A stretch of 64,000 nt of DNA, taken from positions 6,324,001-6,388,000 of the forward strand of contig OZ059898.1 in assembly GCA_964057225.1 (NCBI GenBank), written 5' to 3'. The notes beneath the pieces were generated by a model that saw only the letters and a list, made by a program, of their open reading frames with translations, was not told the DNA's origin and did no database searches. The first letter of the stretch is position 1. Each line of letters opens with the position of its first letter. The position numbers and the translations under genes were made by a program. Source of the DNA: Auanema rhodensis (lineage: Eukaryota; Animalia; Nematoda). Below are positions 54,415-64,000 of this stretch, one piece after another.

Positions 54415-55137
54415 CTAATTCTTAAAAAAAGAAAATTCTTCTGATGATTCGGGCATACTTCGCTTGATGAATGGTGGCTCTTTCACTGGCACTGGAAGTA
54501 TAGGTGGATATGGCAATCGAAGTGATCGCTTTTTCAATGGAGGTTCACGTAATGGTACACGTAACATATCCAAAGGATAACTAGTTCTCCTTTCAACAAA
54601 GTAATCTTTATCTGATCTTAAAAAAAGAAAAGATAAGATAATAAGTTAATTATTCAATAATATATATTATATTATATAATTAAATATTATTATTATAATT
54701 ATATTTCTACATGTTATCATACCTTTTAAGAGGTGGTTCACGTAATGGTATGCGGGGCATAAGCTGACTTCCAGCTGATGGATAAACTGACATATCTCTT
54801 TTCAACTCATTATTTTTCTTTTCTGGAACTAAAACGTGTTGTTTGTTGATGTTACCTACTTAAATTCATTGACTTACGTTGAAAATATCGTAACTGAGGA
54901 ATTGGGAAATCAGCTCTTTCTAGCTCAACTGAAAAAATAAAAGAATACTTAAAGAATCTTATATACTTTGACGAGTTTAAATAGAATAATGAAACGATAA
55001 AATTATCACAAAATTTCAGTAAAAAATCCGTTCACTCAAATATTTTATTTTCATGAAAATAAAAAGCTCGTACCCCAATCAGATAGCTGATTAGCTTGTA
55101 CGGACACACATAGCAGGCCGATCATAACGAGCCACAT
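54415..55137 (-). CDS. Neuropeptide-like precursor with three P-[LV]-[RK]-EPP-[LF] peptides
   Basis: TTTCCAG-AA-ATG start. Exons: 55137-55074, 54928-54878, 54828-54723, 54616-54415. Translation: MWLVMIGLLCVSVQA NQLSDWVELERADFPIPQLRYFQLPEKKNNEL KR DMSVYPSAGSQLMPRIPLREPPL KR SDKDYFVE RR TSYPLDMLRVPLREPPL KKR SLRLPYPPILPVPVKEPPFI KR SMPESSEEFSFFKN*. Confidence 0.85.
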
Positions 55138-55139
55138 TT

Positions 55140-55146
55140 CTGGAAA
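55140..55146 (-). promoter_or_regulatory. Probable SL trans-splice acceptor of the neuropeptide gene
   Basis: TTTCCAG lies 2 nt before the ATG on the minus strand. Confidence 0.55.
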
Positions 55147-55683
55147 AAAATAGAGAAATTTGAAACAAAAACCATACAATTACAGAAAGAATAAAGAAAA
55201 CTTTTTATTATTATGACGATGATGATGATGATAATGATGATGATGATGCAGATAGACAAGTAAGGAAAAACAATGTAAAGTATAAACAGGAACCGGAAGC
55301 ATTTATAGTAAAAATGTGTAAATTAAGATTACTATATATACATTTTTTTGAATAGTTTAAATTTTTTTATAATTTTCTAGTTTACTTTGAGAACAAAACA
55401 TAACATTTGTATTGTGTGAAGTTTCATTTGTGCAATGGGGAGGAACAACATCATCATTCAGGTCATGAAATAGGTCCGCGATATTTCAAGTAAAGTTCAA
55501 AATTAATTATTTCATTTCGCTCGTTCACAAATGATGCTATTGAATAAGTTAAGATCAAATTGAGCATTATAATGTGTTGACAGATAAATAAAGGAAGAAC
55601 AAGTCAATGTACAAAAGTTTAAGCCTTTATAAAGGAAATATAGTTATACTTCCAGTTAATGACAACATTTTGCTGACGTAGTC

Positions 55684-55800
55684 ATTGCTAGCATGAGGTA
55701 TCCTTAGACTGAGTCGACACAAAGGAGGAAATATCTTGAAGCTTTGAGCAAAAATTTTGACGTCGGACTTGTACATGAGGACGACTTCCTTGCTAGCAAT
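55684..55800 (+). ncRNA. Candidate pre-miRNA-like extended hairpin (5' arm begins TGAGGTAT)
   Basis: Nested pairings: ATTGCTAGCA/TGCTAGCAAT, GAGGT/ACTTC, TCCTTA/TGAGGA, GAGTC-GAC/GTC-G-GACTT. No expression evidence. Confidence 0.3.
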
Positions 55801-58800
55801 TATCCAGAATATAGGTTAATAGATTAAAAAAAAGCTGAATGTTGGTGTATGATTCTGAATAAAACAGGTAGGAATACAAGCAAGTGTTTGTCTACGACAA
55901 TCTTAGTATTGTCGAGCAAATTCACTAAGGTGTAACTAACACACAACAAAAAAAAAATTCAAGCATACAAACTGGAATGATGCTGTCGCTCTATCAGACA
56001 ATCGGAAGAAAGCATAATCGTCTTATGAGAGAATATATTTTTAAAAGAAGGTATAAGCTGTAGTATAATGATTCAACTTGCAGAAAACAGTGTAGCTGAT
56101 AAGAGATGTACAATGAGATAACTCAACAGCTCATACATAGACTGAACAAAGACTAAGCTTTTAAAGTCAAAGGCGTTGGTAAACGTTACCAAGACGACAA
56201 TGTAAATTTATACTTTGTAAACTTAATATCTAATAGCATTAGAATAGTTGTTAAGTATTGACGTCTAAACTATAGCATCCAAGTGAGCACAGGAGAATAT
56301 ATTGAATCCATTTATGCAAGTAGCAAACTTGTGGGAATTCAAGTAGATATGAAAGAAAAAAACGAGAAACGAAGAGAGACAATAGTATAGAGGGTGTGGG
56401 TGAAAAGAAGATAAAAAGGAGGAGGTGTCCCTCCCTCGGATTCTGATTCCTAAAGCCGGAGGGCATCACGCGGCAACCAGCTCTTTTCTTTTCTTCACCC
56501 CATCATGTTTTGACGTTATTCACCTCAATCACTGGCAGAAATTCAAAGCGAAGCGAGAGAAACAAAGAAGAAAAGGCTTTATATTCTGTCTCTCATCAGG
56601 GATTTTTTTTTTCTCAAGATCAATCTTACAAACCATTCCACATCGTTGGCGAATTGGATGGCGAAGAGCTAGGTGACGTAAAATCCTGGAGCTACCGCTG
56701 AGCAAATGAATAGATCCTTGAACACATTAACCTCTAATCCAATAAATCATTTTAAACTATATTCAATAGAGTCGCCATATAAATAGCATGAACGTATGAA
56801 TATAGTTTATAAGAATAGTAATATATTCATATTTAACTATATATATATAGTTAATGAAGAAGTCAATAAGTATAAAAATGGCTTAAAAACAATATGTTTA
56901 AAGTATCAAAATGTAATTGAATTATATGTTTCAATAAAGCAAAAGATATGCTGAAAAATAAAAATATAAAATAATTATAAGACGATATGACAAAAATATG
57001 CATAAGTAAGTAATTATGTCAAAATAAATTTAAATTTAATTATTTTCTGTTCCTTTTATGTCATATACATACATACATATGTAGATTTATACATATTGGA
57101 TGTTCATATACAACACCTATATTACTTTTTTTTTTTTTTTTTTTTTGAAATAAAAAATTAAAATCGCTTAATCAATTAACTTTTGTATAAAAAATTTATG
57201 AAAATGAGACGGAGGAGGCGGGCGAGAAGGAGAAGAGGTGGGGAGTAGTCAGAAGGTATATCAAGTTGCAGAACTTTCATTACAAGAACTTTTAGAAACT
57301 TCAAAATAATTTACAGACACTCTCTTTAAATTTTTTTTTATTCATCTTTCATCTTTCATCTTTTTCATTTTTTTCCCTGAGGATTTCATTCGTTTTTCGT
57401 TTTCTTTACTTTTATTTTTTAAATGATTTTTAAACTTAATTGAGTTGCTCAATTCATTAACAGATTTTTTCTTTTTAGTAATAAATAACTGAAATACAGA
57501 TGTTCGAATGAAAATCTTCAAAAAATTGAATTTATAATTATTGAACTTTCAAACATTCCGACGACGAAAATATCCCTTGTCGTATTTTATAAATAATATA
57601 GTTAAGAACATCATAGTTAAATTCACAAAGGAATTATATTTGAGGTTTTCTCCATCTAATTATCATATAATTATAATAATATATAAAAATTTAATTGACA
57701 TACTATAATAATATACTGTATAAAAAAATTTAAAAGTAATTGAAAAAAAAATGAAACTTAATTATAATTTAAATTTGTTTCATTTAATTTGCAGCAAAAA
57801 ATAAGTTTTCAGCTTGTTTCCAATATGAAGCACTTATTAAAAATCTTAAATTGCGCATAACAAATGAAATAATCATTAACTATATATATATAGATAACAT
57901 ATATATATATATAATAAGAATATATGTTTCATGAAGTATAATGAAACTGAAATACATAACCATACATCACATTGGACAAGAAAGCAAAAACGAAAAAAGA
58001 AAATATGTTGGATGAATTTTAATCTGAATAACTACAAATAGAAATATTACGTAGTTAACTAAAAGAATAAATTATTCACAGTTGAACATCATTCAACAAA
58101 AAAAAAACTTTCAATCTTTTCCTTAGTCCATAATAACAATCACGCCTCGTCGTATACATTTGAAAGTTATTTTAAGGTTGCAAAGAAAAATAAACAGGAT
58201 TTCTTTCAAAGTTTTAAAAAAAATAATAATCTGAAATAAGGAGGAGGTATTTCTTTTTTTTTCTTTTATTATATTTTTCTAAATGAAACATTTTTCTTTT
58301 CAGTTTTTTTATAATGATCATCTATTATTTTATTAACTATTATTGACATAGAATAGGAAAATCTAGTAAAATAAGAAAAAAAAAGAAATATTGTGTCATT
58401 GGACGAGATGTCGGAATTGGTGATTCGAATAAGGAAAAGATCTTCACATTTTCTATCTAATTTCTCAATTTGAATGACAAAACATGGAAATTAGAAGGCT
58501 ATCTGTTTTCAAATATTTTTTTAAACTAAGACAATGACATATTTTTTTACCCTTATGTATGTATTCTCAATTTTAAGAAAATGACATTCTCTCATTTTCT
58601 ATAAAAATGAATGATAGTACATGTAAATAAGGAAATATACCTCATTGAAGAATTTGAAAAAGAAGGTACAACCAGATCTTGCACAGGAAATATAGATACA
58701 TATTTAATGTACATACATGTTGCAAGTAAAGGTACTATTACATTTTTGTTTATTTTTATTTAAACAAAAACCTTTCTTCGTTTATTTTCTTTCAAAAAAA

Positions 58801-61800
58801 TGTCTAGAATTAAAGAAATATGATGTAATATAATATATGACGTACATCTTAAAATAGAAAACAAACCGCATCATTGAATCACTAGCAACATCTAACCCAG
58901 TCATTTCATACATGCAAATAATACCGGATTAGAACGTATTTGATCTAGATTAATCGTAGACAAGACAATAATTCTCGAATTACTTAAGAAAGTGGTGAAA
59001 AGTCATATGAATACAACATAAAGCTTGCCACGTGTGAAGCTTTAAGCTCAAAACTTCATGCCCTCATTGCCCTGCGTGAACTTTGTACAGAATGCACATT
59101 GACTACGTGAACTTATCCATATTTCTGTACTCTCATAAATAATTCATATTAATATATTATTTTATATAATTAAGTAGATAATAATAAATTTATTTAATTT
59201 TTTTAAAAAATGTTAATTTTTTCTGATATAATATATGTACATACACAGATGTATATGTAGAAAGTATATATAAATTATGTGTATATCTTACATTTGCATA
59301 ACTAGTGAATATTAAAACAATGAGCAATCAAATAATTATAATTTAAAGTTTAATAAAGTATAATAATCAAATTAAAATTAAATTTAAAAGAATAATAATA
59401 TTGAATTATTTGAATTATACAGTTTATAATATTAATTAAAAACTTATTCAGCTTTTTCATATATGAAAAGGTTACTTTCAATAAATATCTACAAAACAAT
59501 ATTTTCTAAGTTTTAGAGCTTATTTATCCATGACTAAATAAAGTATTACTTCAACTACTTAGAAAGGAAAGTCACATAACTTTCATTTTTCTATTTCAGG
59601 AACTTTCTATTTTTAGATATTAAGCTAAGGACTTTAGGGGAGTTATTTGGTATAGATCTATAAATAAACTAAAATAAGAGCTTTAAAGCAGAAAAAAACT
59701 TTTTCCTTAGATTTTTGCAGAAAAAAAGAAAAAAAAGACAGTTAGCAATATATGAATATATATATATGTATATATATTTAAGTATAATAATTGAAATGGA
59801 TCAAAAATGAGAAAGTGTGCGCATAATTTTGAGCTGAGCTAAGCTAAAACTCGAAAAAGTAGAAAGAATGTAATATGAGAGATCAAAACCAGGAATCCTA
59901 TAAAAATTCTGAAAAAATAGGAAAAAAATATGTATTTGTATACACATATAAGTATGTATATTTGTAAATATATATATATCTACTTATATGTAAATAAAAA
60001 AATAATCAAAATTTGTCAAGAAAAATATGTGTGGAACTACAGAAATATTGGTGGACAACGACCGTTAATTAAAACAAATGAAGAAAAATAACTCAAGCTT
60101 GTTTATTTTTTTAATTTAAAGCTAGAAAATAAAATGAAATTTGAGTTTTACGTTATAAATATTCATTTTTAGTTGTATATGTCAATATATACTAAATATG
60201 TTAAATATGATAGACAAAAGTGGGAGCAAGAAGGAAGTAAAGGATTGAAGAGAATTCTAATTTGAATCACTTAACTCTAATGAACCCCATAGGTATAGCA
60301 TTACTTGGAGCTAGCAGTCTCAGCTTATGCTTCTGGCCTATGGGATACAATTAAGTCGACATAAATGACGCTATTTTAGTAAAGCCTTGCAATAATTCAA
60401 TTTTAAGAGAAAAAAAGAAAAGCGAAAGATAAATAATGATGACAAAGATATTGAAATGAACATTTGATTGATTTTACCGTAGAACCAAAAATAGAATAGA
60501 TAGCTGGCTAATTTGAAAAAAAAAAGAATAATTATGTAATATAAAGAAGAATATATAGAATGATTAGGCCAATGGTCAAGATATATGTATATATTATTGA
60601 AATATCTCATATACTATACATACAAAAATATGTAATAATCCGCTGATTCAAGAGTACTAAGCCGTTTTTCGTTGGATTTCTCGCAAGAAAACAGATAACA
60701 AAATTAAATTCACTCACGAAAATAGTAAAGAAATACATATTCTGGAGATGAAGAACACACAAGATGTGAGTGGGAGTGACTGAACAAGGAAGAGGCTGAA
60801 TGTAAAGACATAAGTGAAAGAAAATAGTCACATGTTATTCGTCTTGGTGGTGGTATTTTCCTAAATTTTTATTGAAACATACCAAAGCAATTTAAACAAA
60901 AGAGAAGAAGCATAATTAAAAGAATATTCATAAATATCTTTTTTTATATAAAAAGAAGAAAAATCTGTTGAATAGATTCATAGTTTTCTTTCAAGTAACA
61001 CAACAATCTATGTAGTTCTCATAACCAAAATTTTCAAATACACATTAATTTAGAAAATAAAATATAATTTACGTGAGAAACACTAGTATATATATATATA
61101 TAAATTTTTTTCTGTATAAAAGCCACAAAACGTACTGGAACTATATATAGAAATATATTTTATTTAAATGTTTTTTTTGGACGTCTTTCGATCAGCGACT
61201 GAATATTTTATTACTTTTTCTTCTTTTAAATGATTCCTTAAATTCATCTTTATTGTCAACAGATGCTAATGAAACTCCGAATTTCAAATCTTTTAATTTC
61301 GTTAAAAGATAGTTGTTGCTTAATAAAGATTTCAAGCAATGTTTTGCTTCAAAATTGTTAACACTATTCTTCCTGGAAGTAAGTTTGGAAACTTTTTGAC
61401 CAAACTATCAGCAAAAAACTTTCACAAAACTCAAAAAATAACTTATATTCAACATATTACATTCAACAATATATATATTTAGATTTAGAATACATTTTTA
61501 ACTAAAAATATTCAAAAGTTAGCAAATCAATCAGCATTGTCTGAAATGATCACAAACTATCTTCAGCATTCCCACACAAAATATTCATCCAACCTGACGA
61601 ACTATTTATGAAAACTGATGACGTCAATACAAACTGAATATAATAATGGAAAACTCTAAGTCTCTAACGCTAAGTTATATGAGCGAATATTTTTCCGATT
61701 TCCGGTCAAAATCTTTAAGTCAAAAGAATGCCAAAAATACTTTTTATTTCTCAATCTGTGTAGATAAGTCTGTTGCTCTTTCGTATTATATCTATTACTG

Positions 61801-62108
61801 TAAGTACTTATACACATATCTTTATTAATTTTCAATAAGAATCAAATAAGAAAGATATTTTTAAGAGAAAACAAATTAACAAAAACATATATAAATATTA
61901 AATTTCGAATACAATTGATGGCAAGAGATTTTGGTGCAATCGCTATTCTATGAAATAAGTATAACCGACTAATGACTGAGCTGAATGAAAAACATATATC
62001 ATCTGCATAAAAATAAACGAAATATTAAATACAAACATCATATGATTCTATGTATAAATTTTTTTCTAATATATTAAACATATTATTTGCATATGTTAAA
62101 TATATTTC

Positions 62109-64000
<1,892 letters not shown>

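Overview
AT-rich, intron-rich eukaryotic DNA, almost certainly from a rhabditid-type nematode. Evidence: ~45-60 nt GT-AG introns, TTTCAG acceptors directly before start codons, and clear C. elegans orthologues. I assembled eight spliced genes by hand, most of them missed or fragmented by the ORF track. (1) The 3' part of fbn-1: mucin region with ~31 x 96-bp repeats, EGFs, ZP domain, TM. (2) A phospholipase B-like gene (-). (3) A BED zinc-finger gene (+) with two different BED exons that can each splice in frame to the same C-terminal exons. (4) A small 4-TM protein (-). (5) An Ig-like + EGF + TM protein (-). (6) A three-finger/activin-receptor-ectodomain-like, probably GPI-anchored protein (+). 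(7) A neuropeptide precursor with three P-[LV]-[RK]-E-P-P-[LF] peptides (-). (8) hpd-1 (-, truncated by the window edge). The long intergenic regions carry GA/CT microsatellites, GC-rich islands and several hairpins, one of which has a let-7-type seed. I saw no prokaryotic features, tRNA, rRNA, CRISPR or recognisable transposase. All gene models are manual, with no database search or expression data.
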